Below are positions 8,586-16,991 of a DNA stretch of 64,000 nucleotides, piece by piece. Below the pieces are notes generated by a model. It saw nothing but the letters and a program-made list of their open reading frames with translations, was not told where the DNA came from and ran no database searches. The stretch spans positions 32,001 through 96,000 of IMG/VR virus record IMGVR_UViG_3300014205_000170, one strand, 5' to 3'. Position 1 is the first letter of the stretch; every line of letters starts with the position of its first letter. The position numbers were made by a program, and so were the translations under genes. The stretch comes from a virus. Its lineage: Duplodnaviria; Caudoviricetes.

Positions 8586-8596
8586 TGAGTTGAGGT
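8564..8596 (-). terminator. terminator after sigma factor gene
   Basis: minus strand ACCTCAACTCA/TGGGTTGAGGT then TTTT. Confidence 0.75.
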
Positions 8597-8659
8597 GATT
8601 ATTTAAGTGAGTTTGTCTAACCAGTTGATATTCAAAAGAATAAAATTGTTAAGAACTTA

Positions 8660-9706
8660 TTATCCCTGCACGCAAACTAGCAAACCTTTGTGTTCTTCCA
8701 GATATGCTTTCATTTTCTTCTTTGCGCGATAAAGGTTTCCTTTCACAGTGCCTTCCGGAACGTTCAACGTTGCAGCAATGTCTTCATATGATTTATCTTC
8801 AATAAAACGCATTACAATCAAACGACGGCTGTTCTTATCAAGTCTAAGCAATGCTTTGTTTAAAGCAACAGTCTTATCGTTCTGTAAGATGATTTCTTCA
8901 CCATTCAACGAGTCTTCATCGCGAATAGATAGTTGAATTCCATTACCCTGGCCATTTAATAATTGTTGCCCATTATCAGATGTCAGATTACGGTCAATAG
9001 AAATCGTATTAAGTTTTCTTTTTCGAAGGTAATCAATAAAGAAGTTCTTCGCAATTTTTGTAATCCAACTGTTGAACGTATACGTTGGCTTGTATTCACC
9101 AATCTTTTCATATACTTTAATGAACAAGTCAGCTGTAAGGTCATCTGCTGCATCATCGTTAAACTGAAGATTCTTTGCATACATACGGTTAATAACCGGA
9201 TAGTAACGCTTATAAATTACAGCGAAAGCATTTATCTCACCGGCCATTATAGATTTAACTGCCTGGATGTCTTTTAAATCTTCACCAACGAACTTATCAC
9301 TATTACATGCATTCTCAATAGTTGCCAAAGATTCCTTGTTGAATTGTACAATCGTCTTAAGAGGTTTGATTGTTTCTACAACCACCGGTGTAGACATGTT
9401 TTTAATTTCTTCCGGATTCACAATTAATTTGCCACAACGGAATTCAATTTCACCAAACAATTCTTTAAGTTTTGTTTTATTACAATAAGCTCGTAATGTA
9501 GAATTAATAGAGAATTCTCTCGAATCAAGAATGTTAACCATTCTAATAGAAACATGTTTGTTTCCAGTATCCGATGGATAAATCCATTCGTTACCTTTGA
9601 TTTTTGCTTTCGTTAATGAAAACACACGAATAGAAATTTCTTTCTTCGTAGTAATACGACCAACTATCTGATAGAGTGGTGCTGATTTGATTTCTTTAAA
9701 ATTCAT
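8660..9706 (-). CDS. ECF (sigma-70 group 4) RNA polymerase sigma factor with long N-terminal extension
   Basis: region 2 (AFAVIYKRY, ADDLTADLFIKVY, FNSWITKIAKNFFIDYLRK) and region 4 (SYEDIAATLNVPEGTVKGNLYRAKKKM). Confidence 0.92.
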   Translation of the reverse strand: MNFKEIKSAPLYQIVGRITTKKEISIRVFSLTKAKIKGNEWIYPSDTGNKHVSIRMVNILDSREFSINSTLRAYCNKTKLKELFGEIEFRCGKLIVNPEEIKNMSTPVVVETIKPLKTIVQFNKESLATIENACNSDKFVGEDLKDIQAVKSIMAGEINAFAVIYKRYYPVINRMYAKNLQFNDDAADDLTADLFIKVYEKIGEYKPTYTFNSWITKIAKNFFIDYLRKRKLNTISIDRNLTSDNGQQLLNGQGNGIQLSIRDEDSLNGEEIILQNDKTVALNKALLRLDKNSRRLIVMRFIEDKSYEDIAATLNVPEGTVKGNLYRAKKKMKAYLEEHKGLLVCVQG

Positions 9707-9749
9707 GTTCCTTTTTTTTTATATTGTTTGTTTGCTCACTAATTACTTT

Positions 9750-9938
9750 TTAATATTCGACTTCACCTATTGTAGCGTCATCAATGTCATCTTTTTTATC
9801 AAGATGTTCTTTGATTTCTTTCTTCACTTTAGCGCGACGTATTCCAGATGTATTTTTCTTTTCACCTTTTCCTACATGTGCACCCCATTCACCGTTAAGT
9901 CCGGCATTCTTTTTATTTCCTGGTCTGATTTTTCCCAC
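9750..9938 (-). CDS. small basic hypothetical protein
   Basis: 62-aa ORF upstream of sigma. Confidence 0.6.
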   Translation of the reverse strand: MGKIRPGNKKNAGLNGEWGAHVGKGEKKNTSGIRRAKVKKEIKEHLDKKDDIDDATIGEVEY

Positions 9939-10070
9939 GTTAGATTTTATTTGCTCCCAGATTTTTACGTAAAATTATACAAAGAGTTGACATTATCTAC
10001 TTTTTTCTGTGTTAAATCTGGTAACTAACTGGGTATCAATTTAATTGTTTTTACAGTTGCCTGCGTGCAT

Positions 10071-10322
10071 TTAATCAACGGGCAAGTTTGTATAAGCAAA
10101 ATGTGTAACCCAATCTTTTGGTGCGCCAGTTACTCCTTCTATTAAGAAACTGTTAGCGAACCCATGAACATAGCGACCGAATCTCATTTGACCATCCTTG
10201 CAAAAAAGCAATAATTTATCACTTGCTCCTTGTATAAATGTCTCCTTTGCAGCTTTTGGAGATGCTGGAGGTAACACCACATTTTTGGTTACTTTAATCC
10301 AGTTAATTAGTTTTTTATTCAT
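10071..10322 (-). CDS. DUF551-like hypothetical protein
   Basis: NWIKV...LP and C-terminal VTHF pattern. Confidence 0.6.
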   Translation of the reverse strand: MNKKLINWIKVTKNVVLPPASPKAAKETFIQGASDKLLLFCKDGQMRFGRYVHGFANSFLIEGVTGAPKDWVTHFAYTNLPVD

Positions 10323-10779
10323 GGGATTTTACTTTTTCTATTAAAACATGTTTGGTATTTTCTTCAACAAATTTCATCATAAATTTATCTGGTGGTGTAA
10401 TACGTTTTAAACTCTTCGTATATACCTTTCTGTTGTCTACTGTGTATACAATACATCTATAAAATATTGTTGCAAGATTACCATCAATCCAACATCCTTT
10501 TTTTGATACAACTCTTTTCCAAGGACCATATCCATAAGTTGTCCCGCCGTAAGCTAAAACAACTGCTTGAGGAGCTTTAGATGTATCAATATATCTTACT
10601 CTACCATTTGGTGATGTCCTACCGGTATCTTTACAGTCCTTTACGCGAACAATCACAACATAATTCCATTCAACCGGATTGCCTTCATCATTTACATCGG
10701 TAGTTCCATTACCATCACGATAAGTAAACTCTCGTCTACGAGTACCTATTTGTTTTGTTTGTGTTACTCTTCGTATCAT
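10315..10779 (-). CDS. EK-tag protein, paralog of 10825-11301
   Basis: YGPWKRVV; C-terminal ENTKHVLIEK. Confidence 0.8.
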   Translation of the reverse strand: MIRRVTQTKQIGTRRREFTYRDGNGTTDVNDEGNPVEWNYVVIVRVKDCKDTGRTSPNGRVRYIDTSKAPQAVVLAYGGTTYGYGPWKRVVSKKGCWIDGNLATIFYRCIVYTVDNRKVYTKSLKRITPPDKFMMKFVEENTKHVLIEKVKSHE

Positions 10780-10796
10780 GTGTGTTGTTTCTTAAG

Positions 10797-10829
10797 GTAC
10801 TATACGAAATAAAAAAGAAAGGTGTTACA
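10797..10829 (-). promoter_or_regulatory. ECF-type promoter, class I
   Basis: minus strand TGTAAC-N17-CGTATAGTAC, nearly identical to the 5592 copy. Confidence 0.85.
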
Positions 10830-11301
10830 CTTCACCCGTTTCAAATTCCATATAAGATGGAACTTTGGTTTTAAATTTAACTTTTTCGGTTAACACAGTT
10901 TTTGTGTTTTCCATTTTTAAAATCTTTTGAAATGTATTTGGCTCATCAAGAACTCTGTGAACCTGGGTAATTACTTCACCATTATTTCCTAAAGAATAAA
11001 AATTTGATTGATAATATACGGTTGTATATTTATCTTTATAAATACTGTCTTTGTATTTAATGGGGGTTTTTAAGACAATTTTTTTCCAACGACCATATCC
11101 TGAATTTCTATCTTTATAAGCCAAAAAAACTACTTGTTGTTTAGTTTTCTTATCTATTATTACGATACACTCAGGATTGGTGATTATAGTATGAGCAAAA
11201 GATATATCAGAAATTAAATTGGCTTTTCTATAAGTTAAATTATTTCTTATAATAGGAAAGTCACAAAACCTTAATTCTTTTTCTTTTTTAGACTTGGTCA
11301 T
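10825..11301 (-). CDS. EK-tag protein, paralog of 10315-10779
   Basis: YGRWKKIV; ENTKTVLTEK. Confidence 0.8.
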   Translation of the reverse strand: MTKSKKEKELRFCDFPIIRNNLTYRKANLISDISFAHTIITNPECIVIIDKKTKQQVVFLAYKDRNSGYGRWKKIVLKTPIKYKDSIYKDKYTTVYYQSNFYSLGNNGEVITQVHRVLDEPNTFQKILKMENTKTVLTEKVKFKTKVPSYMEFETGEV

Positions 11302-11788
11302 CTAAATATTGTATGGGCTTACAAATTTTGCTTTTTAATTCTTTATAGGACTTTTTGAAAGGTGAATAAAAAATTCCTCTAACAATCAAACCTACAATTG
11401 CTGCATATAATAAAGTAGAAGGATATATAATAACACACATTAAAGCAGAAGATATAGTTGTGTGGAACATATTGGCAATACCAATGTTTATCCAAAAGGC
11501 AATGAATATAATAAAAATAAAGAACACAGAAGAAAGACGAACATGTTCCCACTTTGTATCGTTAACTATTTCATTACTTTGTTTATTATCCTCTTTTTTC
11601 TTAAAATTCATATCCAAACAACCACATCTAAATATTAACTCTAATGCACCTAACATAGGAAATAACATTATAGATAAAAATAAATTCCAATAGAAACTAC
11701 AAGTGTTTGTTGGTTTATAAAATGTCCTTGATTCAAACGTATACATGATAAGTTTGTACATCCAGTTATTTTTGTTTATAGTTTTCAT
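11288..11788 (-). CDS. membrane protein
   Basis: three hydrophobic segments. Confidence 0.75.
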   Translation of the reverse strand: MKTINKNNWMYKLIMYTFESRTFYKPTNTCSFYWNLFLSIMLFPMLGALELIFRCGCLDMNFKKKEDNKQSNEIVNDTKWEHVRLSSVFFIFIIFIAFWINIGIANMFHTTISSALMCVIIYPSTLLYAAIVGLIVRGIFYSPFKKSYKELKSKICKPIQYLDDQV

Positions 11789-11952
11789 TATGCTATAATT
11801 AAAAGATTAAGAACAAAAAGAAATGCAGCAATACCAAGAATACATACACCAAGAGAAGACCCTGAAAGAAATACAATAACAGCAGTAAGAACTGCACAAA
11901 ACAAAACTACTCCAAAAGTTAGCTTCCAATATTTTTTAAAAAATGATTTCAT
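11788..11952 (-). CDS. small membrane protein (54 aa, not in ORF track)
   Basis: ATG 11952 to TAA 11788, MKSFFKKYWKLTFGVVL..., two hydrophobic helices; stop overlaps next ATG. Confidence 0.55.
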   Translation of the reverse strand: MKSFFKKYWKLTFGVVLFCAVLTAVIVFLSGSSLGVCILGIAAFLFVLNLLIIA

Positions 11953-11954
11953 CG

Positions 11955-12173
11955 TTAATCTATTTTTTCTTTAATTAGAATCGACGAACTAGGCATTGGA
12001 GTAATATTAAGTTGAACTCCTGGTTCAGATACAGAGTGAATTTGTAAACTATCTTTACCAACCACCACACGGAATTTTTGTCCATGCTTGGTGGTTATTA
12101 ACACCACCGGCTCATTTGAATCTCCTTCTGTTTCAACTTTAGGCGAACCTAAACTATAAATTTTTTTTGCCAT
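11955..12173 (-). CDS. hypothetical protein
   Basis: ORF in operon spacing. Confidence 0.7.
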   Translation of the reverse strand: MAKKIYSLGSPKVETEGDSNEPVVLITTKHGQKFRVVVGKDSLQIHSVSEPGVQLNITPMPSSSILIKEKID

Positions 12174-12191
12174 ATCGTTTGGATTTTACAA

Positions 12192-12551
12192 TTAATCTTC
12201 AAATCTTTTTGGAGAATTTTCCAACAATTCCATCACGGCATCAAAAACCGACTTATCTTCTTTCTTTGCGCGTTTACCCCATCCTCTGTCATAAGCCACA
12301 ATGAGACTGTCATCATAGTTTTTCTTTGCTTCGCGAACAACTGTGTCAGATATGGCAAGACATGAAACACGGCCTTTTTTAATGCCATACTCTGAACCGG
12401 TATCAAAGAGCTTTGATTCAAATGTAAATTGCTTTCCATTAAGTCCAGTAACTGTACCGGCTACCCAATTAGTTTTATTATTAAATTCTGTAAAAACCGC
12501 TACTGGTTTTTTATTTACAATAACCTCTCTTTTTTCAGCTTGCTTTGCCAT
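12192..12551 (-). CDS. conserved phage hypothetical protein
   Basis: FDTGSEYGI..GRVS.L and YDRGW pattern. Confidence 0.75.
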   Translation of the reverse strand: MAKQAEKREVIVNKKPVAVFTEFNNKTNWVAGTVTGLNGKQFTFESKLFDTGSEYGIKKGRVSCLAISDTVVREAKKNYDDSLIVAYDRGWGKRAKKEDKSVFDAVMELLENSPKRFED

Positions 12552-12570
12552 GTACTTAATGTTTTATAAT

Positions 12571-12603
12571 GTACTATCCGAAATTTAAATCTTAGGTGTT
12601 ACA
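12571..12603 (-). promoter_or_regulatory. ECF-type promoter, class I
   Basis: minus strand TGTAAC-N17-CGGATAGTAC. Confidence 0.8.
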
Positions 12604-12604
12604 C

Positions 12605-13666
12605 TTAATCTTCTTCTTCAGAACCTTCCTTATAAATAAGTTGACTCGTCAAACACTCGCGAAAATCTACGTCATCTCTCTTTTCTTTAAAGGTTGGTTG
12701 GAAAATTGCTCCACCCAAATAAGCATAAAGATATCGAACCTCAACCACATCACCAATCGCCGGAATTTCTTTATTTGGAGGAATTGTACATTTACCCATG
12801 AATACGCGTTCCTTATTCTCATTTAACAATTCTAATCCAACACTCCTCTTACCTTTTGTAAAATCCTTTACTATAAAGCTTGCTTCTTTATAAAACTTAA
12901 ACTTCAAATGAGCGCCACCTGAGTTTGGTCGACCAGCAACATACTCACTATCCTTACGTTTAAAAACAATACCCTCAGCATTACGAGCTTTTAACTCATT
13001 ATACAACTTTCTCTTTTCAGAGGTAGTATAGGCGGTTTTTACTTTTTCAATTGAGTTGGTATGATTTAAAGACTCAAGTAACTTAAGTCTATGGTCTAAT
13101 CTATGTTCCTTTATACTTATTGTGTCCAAAAAAAGAACATCAAATACGTACAATTTATTACCAATAATTTCTCCATCAAGAGTACACTTGTTATATACAC
13201 AACCTTCAAAAGAATCTGGTAACTGTACTTCCTGGCCCTTTTTATTTAAACCCGTAATTTTTTCGTCCTTTGAAATAACCATACGACGCTGCCCATCAAA
13301 TTTCTCCTGAGCTACATAAGCATCATTTTGAATAAGACGCTCCACTTCAGACTCTTCAATAGAATTTAACAATTGAGGAAAAATCCCATGAGTCTTCTTT
13401 TCAGTAACTGCTGGGCCGGAAAATCCTGAACCTTTACCCTCCTTTTCAGCGTAACCCTTAGCCATCTTTTCCTTTACAAGCTTATCATATATCTTCAAAG
13501 CAGAAGCCTCATCAACCGGTTTAGGAGTTTTGGAACCACTCTGTAAAGCATTCCCAACTCGGCCATATTGAAAGTTAACCAAATAACCGGGCCCAGACTT
13601 TTCCATCTGAACATGATACTCCTTATCCGAGGAGCCTTCTTGAAAGTATAATGAGATTTTATTCAT
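12605..13666 (-). CDS. ATP-dependent DNA ligase with N-terminal WGR domain
   Basis: SDKEY..FQYGRVG..KEKMAKGY (WGR); motifs QEKFDG, LDGEI, YVFDVL, EGIVFK, KFK; C-terminal OB fold. Confidence 0.88.
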   Translation of the reverse strand: MNKISLYFQEGSSDKEYHVQMEKSGPGYLVNFQYGRVGNALQSGSKTPKPVDEASALKIYDKLVKEKMAKGYAEKEGKGSGFSGPAVTEKKTHGIFPQLLNSIEESEVERLIQNDAYVAQEKFDGQRRMVISKDEKITGLNKKGQEVQLPDSFEGCVYNKCTLDGEIIGNKLYVFDVLFLDTISIKEHRLDHRLKLLESLNHTNSIEKVKTAYTTSEKRKLYNELKARNAEGIVFKRKDSEYVAGRPNSGGAHLKFKFYKEASFIVKDFTKGKRSVGLELLNENKERVFMGKCTIPPNKEIPAIGDVVEVRYLYAYLGGAIFQPTFKEKRDDVDFRECLTSQLIYKEGSEEED

Positions 13667-13691
13667 CTTTTATAAGGTTTTTACGTTTAAG

Positions 13692-13724
13692 GTACTATAC
13701 GAGATTTAAATCTTAGGTGTTACA
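13692..13724 (-). promoter_or_regulatory. ECF-type promoter, class I
   Basis: minus strand TGTAAC-N17-CGTATAGTAC. Confidence 0.85.
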
Positions 13725-13728
13725 CTTT

Positions 13729-14100
13729 TTACCCTTCAACATCAACCATAACCGGAATTAAAGTACCATCCTCTAATTGGTCATGGAATTTGATTACTTC
13801 CAAAAGTAAAAGTTTATCCAAAGAAAGAATCGGAACATATTTTTCAATCAGGACTTTACGCTTCTGTTCTGCCAATTTTAATCTAAAAGTAAAAGTTTCA
13901 TAACCTACAACATCTTCAACCCATCTCCTGGTTCTATACATTCCATAGGTAGCAGAATCGCGAGTACACAAAGGATTCTTACAAATATCAAGCCTATGAG
14001 CTAATTTATAATCCACACCCTTCTGATAATTATGAATACCAACATAACACCTGAATTTTACAACCCATGCCTTAAATCTTATCTTTATACTTTTACTCAT
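13729..14100 (-). CDS. EK-tag protein
   Basis: RKVLIEK. Confidence 0.75.
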   Translation of the reverse strand: MSKSIKIRFKAWVVKFRCYVGIHNYQKGVDYKLAHRLDICKNPLCTRDSATYGMYRTRRWVEDVVGYETFTFRLKLAEQKRKVLIEKYVPILSLDKLLLLEVIKFHDQLEDGTLIPVMVDVEG

Positions 14101-14103
14101 ACA

Positions 14104-14136
14104 GTACTATACGAAATTAAAACTCTTGGTGTTACA
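14104..14136 (-). promoter_or_regulatory. ECF-type promoter, class I (inside end of upstream ORF)
   Basis: minus strand TGTAAC-N17-CGTATAGTAC, 3 nt before ATG 14100. Confidence 0.85.
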
Positions 14137-14445
14137 CTTCTCAATTAGGATTTTACGGGTATTTTGCTCTAAATTCCACCACACCTTCTCATATTCATAT
14201 TTAGGAATCCAATCCAAAAGTTCACCTTTAAACCTGAGTTTTAATTGAGCTAAGGCAAACTGACCAGTAGAAAAACATTTAAACTTCTCTTCTTTATTTT
14301 TACTTACAGACTCAGTCATAAATTTATGATACCAATAAATATTTGACCAATGAGATTGTGTGACCATATGATATGGAATCCGATTGCCATCCGCAGTCAT
14401 CCAATCACCATATTGTAAGTCTGCTTCTGTAAAATATCTGACCAT
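14107..14445 (-). CDS. EK-tag protein
   Basis: C-terminal TRKILIEK. Confidence 0.75.
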   Translation of the reverse strand: MVRYFTEADLQYGDWMTADGNRIPYHMVTQSHWSNIYWYHKFMTESVSKNKEEKFKCFSTGQFALAQLKLRFKGELLDWIPKYEYEKVWWNLEQNTRKILIEKCNTKSFNFV

Positions 14446-14449
14446 GTCA

Positions 14450-14480
14450 GTTTAAACGTAAAATCCTAAATTACGTTGCA
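14450..14480 (-). promoter_or_regulatory. ECF-type promoter, class II variant
   Basis: minus strand TGCAAC-N16-CGTTTAAAC, then ATG 14445. Confidence 0.55.
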
Positions 14481-14911
14481 ATGGTATTAGGGGTTCTAAT
14501 AACAAATACTCTATTTGTCCAAGCGTTGCAAATCATAGCAGAAAAATCGGTGGGGTCCATAAAAATGTGCACATCCAAATCTATTCTAAATTGTATCTCA
14601 TTTAAATGCTCATCATAAAAAACAACGTTCTTTGGAGCGTAAGAGTAATTATAATCCGAAACAGTAATTTGATAGTTCCTTAACTTTAATAATTTGGCTA
14701 ATATACATTTTGCGATAAAATCTGCCATCAAGTCATACCCACCAGGAGCATCTCGAAATAACTGATACCAGTATTTTTTTGAAATAGAATAAGGCTCATT
14801 ATAAGGAGAAAGTCCATAGCTCTTTTCTAAAATAACTTCTCTAGTTAAAAGTCCTTCCGGAGTATAATTTGAGCCGGAGTAACCGGTGCCTATGGTGATA
14901 AGTCGAGCCAT
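14471..14911 (-). CDS. EK-tag protein
   Basis: TREVILEK. Confidence 0.75.
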   Translation of the reverse strand: MARLITIGTGYSGSNYTPEGLLTREVILEKSYGLSPYNEPYSISKKYWYQLFRDAPGGYDLMADFIAKCILAKLLKLRNYQITVSDYNYSYAPKNVVFYDEHLNEIQFRIDLDVHIFMDPTDFSAMICNAWTNRVFVIRTPNTIAT

Positions 14912-14915
14912 ACTG

Positions 14916-14923
14916 CAAAGTTA
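14916..14923 (-). promoter_or_regulatory. Bacteroidota-type -7 promoter element
   Basis: TAACTTTG on minus strand 4 nt before ATG 14911. Confidence 0.55.
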
Positions 14924-14941
14924 GGTTATTTCTTGATATAC

Positions 14942-15896
14942 GTAAAATCCAATTACACTTCTACCAAACGACAAAATATAATAAAAATACAGTGCACCAA
15001 AAATCGATTGGCAGATTTTGTAATTGAAAAATCGTATATCATTTTAAAGTTTTTTTATACCAAAAAATGAGGTCCAGAAATCACCGGAATTCCTGGCAAA
15101 ATTTAATACGATTTTACCAGCATAAAAATAACCGGAATAACCACCGGAATTTTATGTAAAATCCTCAATAGATAATCGGTTTTTTTCCGATTGTTTATAT
15201 ATATTTTTACAAAGGTAAAATCCTACTCAAAAAATATAAAATTAGATTTACCACTTTCTACCACTTTATCCCACCACAACATTAAAAATTTTTATTTTTT
15301 CATCTTAGATAAAAGTAGATACTATTGGATTTTACATAGGCAAGGGCTGGATTTTACCATGACACCACAAGGAGAAAAGTAGATGGAAGTTATTAACACA
15401 ACTAATTTCGTTGGTTGAAAACTTTTGACCCCTTAGAACGTCAAATATTTATAGAATCGTCCACTTTTTTCTTTACCCTAAATTCGCCATTTATCTACTT
15501 TTCTCCTATCTGCACCATTAACTGCTTGATTATCAACATAATAAACCTAAATTTGTTTAGTAAACCTATTGAGTTTATTACCACTTTATACCACTACACT
15601 AGGTAAAATCCTTAATATTTCCCCAACAAAATACTCCCTTTCTACGTTCAAAAAATACTCTCCATAAAATGAGATATAGTCCCAGTAAAAACCCTCTATA
15701 AAATTAATAAAAATTTACTATCTTGTTTAGAGTATTTTAATAGGATTTTACCATAGCAAAACAACGTTATTTTTTAAGCCTTTTTTCTCACAGTTTTTTA
15801 TGTGAAAATATAAGCTCAAAAAGTGTAACAAAAAAACCATTTTTTCCGTTGTATATAAAAGGGGCAAATAAGCATAAAAATAATACAGTAAAATCC
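14942..15896. repeat. dispersed GTAAAATCC repeats in 1-kb non-coding gap (candidate origin)
   Basis: + copies at 14942, 15156, 15215, 15603, 15888; - copies at 15327, 15349, 15743; also ACCGGAAT and TACCACT repeats. Confidence 0.7.
15824..15855 (+). promoter_or_regulatory. ECF-type promoter TGTAAC-N17-CGTTGTATA
   Basis: TGTAAC 15824-15829, CGTT 15847; heads the long + strand block. Confidence 0.7.
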
Positions 15897-15949
15897 TACC
15901 AAAAGAACAGAAGAACCAACCAAACCGATTCAAAGAATATTCAAAGAAC

Positions 15950-16969
15950 ATGGCACAAATTAGACCAAATAAGAGAACTAAAATCATACGTAAAAGGAGA
16001 CCAACGCCCACCATAATAAAAAAGAAAGGCGCAAGGAAAAAACCTCTAACACGTACCGAATTTTTAGAGAGTTGTTCAGATGAAATACAGAAGCACATTA
16101 ACGGGTACGAAAACACTATAATTGACCTAGGTCAAGAACCTGTTAATTGTACTTTAAATCACATTAACGGCACAGACGGCACACAAAAATGGAATGTTGT
16201 AGAAACAAGAGATGATTTTGGTAACGAATATTATTCAGAAACAAGAGATAATTTTGGTAACATCATATCAAGAAAAAGAATTAAAGGTTTTAAAGAAAAA
16301 AAGAGCAAACCTTGTTCGATAGATGAAATGAAACAAACATATACACAGACTTGTCAAATGTGTAAGTATCCAATGAGAGTTAGTTATAAAGGACTTGCAT
16401 TTTGTAGTATCTGTAAAACCCAAACAAAAAATGAGATTTTTAAATCCATTAAAAAAATCAGTTCAGAGATAATGAATTTAGAGATGGACGAAAGAGATAT
16501 AAGACACAGATTTCAACAGACAAGCGATGGGCGAGAAAAACAAAGATTAAGGGTAGAGTTAGCAAATAAAAAAATAGAAAAACAAAACAAAATGAAACTA
16601 TACGATTCTAAATACGAACCGGCCTCAAGAAGAAGCAATGACAATTCAAAGTCTAGTGGTTGGTCTGGTATCACAGACGCAGATTCTAAGGCTTATTCTT
16701 ACTTTAGGGAGAAAGAAAAACAAGCTCAAAAAGAACTCGAATTCGAAAAGGCCGAACTAAAGCAACCTATCGTAGTAAAAAACCCTTTGGCCAACATGAC
16801 CATCTATTCTTTTAGAATTCCACCTAGCAATGGTGGACCTTTTGCTTTTTATATCCTTCAGGATAATGGAGAGCATGAGGGAAAGTATCTAAGAACAGAT
16901 GGGAGTGGGGAGACCAAGACATTAGACCAAATGTTCTATATGATGAATGAAATCAATAAAAAGAAATAA
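15950..16969 (+). CDS. hypothetical protein with CxxC-CxxC zinc ribbon and coiled coil
   Basis: CQMC...CSIC; short internal repeat ETRD[DN]FGN twice. Confidence 0.8.
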   Translation: MAQIRPNKRTKIIRKRRPTPTIIKKKGARKKPLTRTEFLESCSDEIQKHINGYENTIIDLGQEPVNCTLNHINGTDGTQKWNVVETRDDFGNEYYSETRDNFGNIISRKRIKGFKEKKSKPCSIDEMKQTYTQTCQMCKYPMRVSYKGLAFCSICKTQTKNEIFKSIKKISSEIMNLEMDERDIRHRFQQTSDGREKQRLRVELANKKIEKQNKMKLYDSKYEPASRRSNDNSKSSGWSGITDADSKAYSYFREKEKQAQKELEFEKAELKQPIVVKNPLANMTIYSFRIPPSNGGPFAFYILQDNGEHEGKYLRTDGSGETKTLDQMFYMMNEINKKK

Positions 16970-16991
16970 GGGATAATCATAAGAATCAAAA

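Noticed and set aside
36-14136. Repeated GTGTAAC...CGTATAGTAC as CRISPR repeats or recombination sites
   Set aside because: Copies are hundreds of bp to kb apart, bipartite with a variable fixed-length spacer and always oriented into a start codon, which fits promoters.
14912-15949. ORFs 15191-15382, 15415-15606 and 15748-16116; also a CRISPR array
   Set aside because: ORFs are short, low-complexity or antisense to a real gene; repeats are 7-9 bp, irregularly spaced and in mixed orientation.
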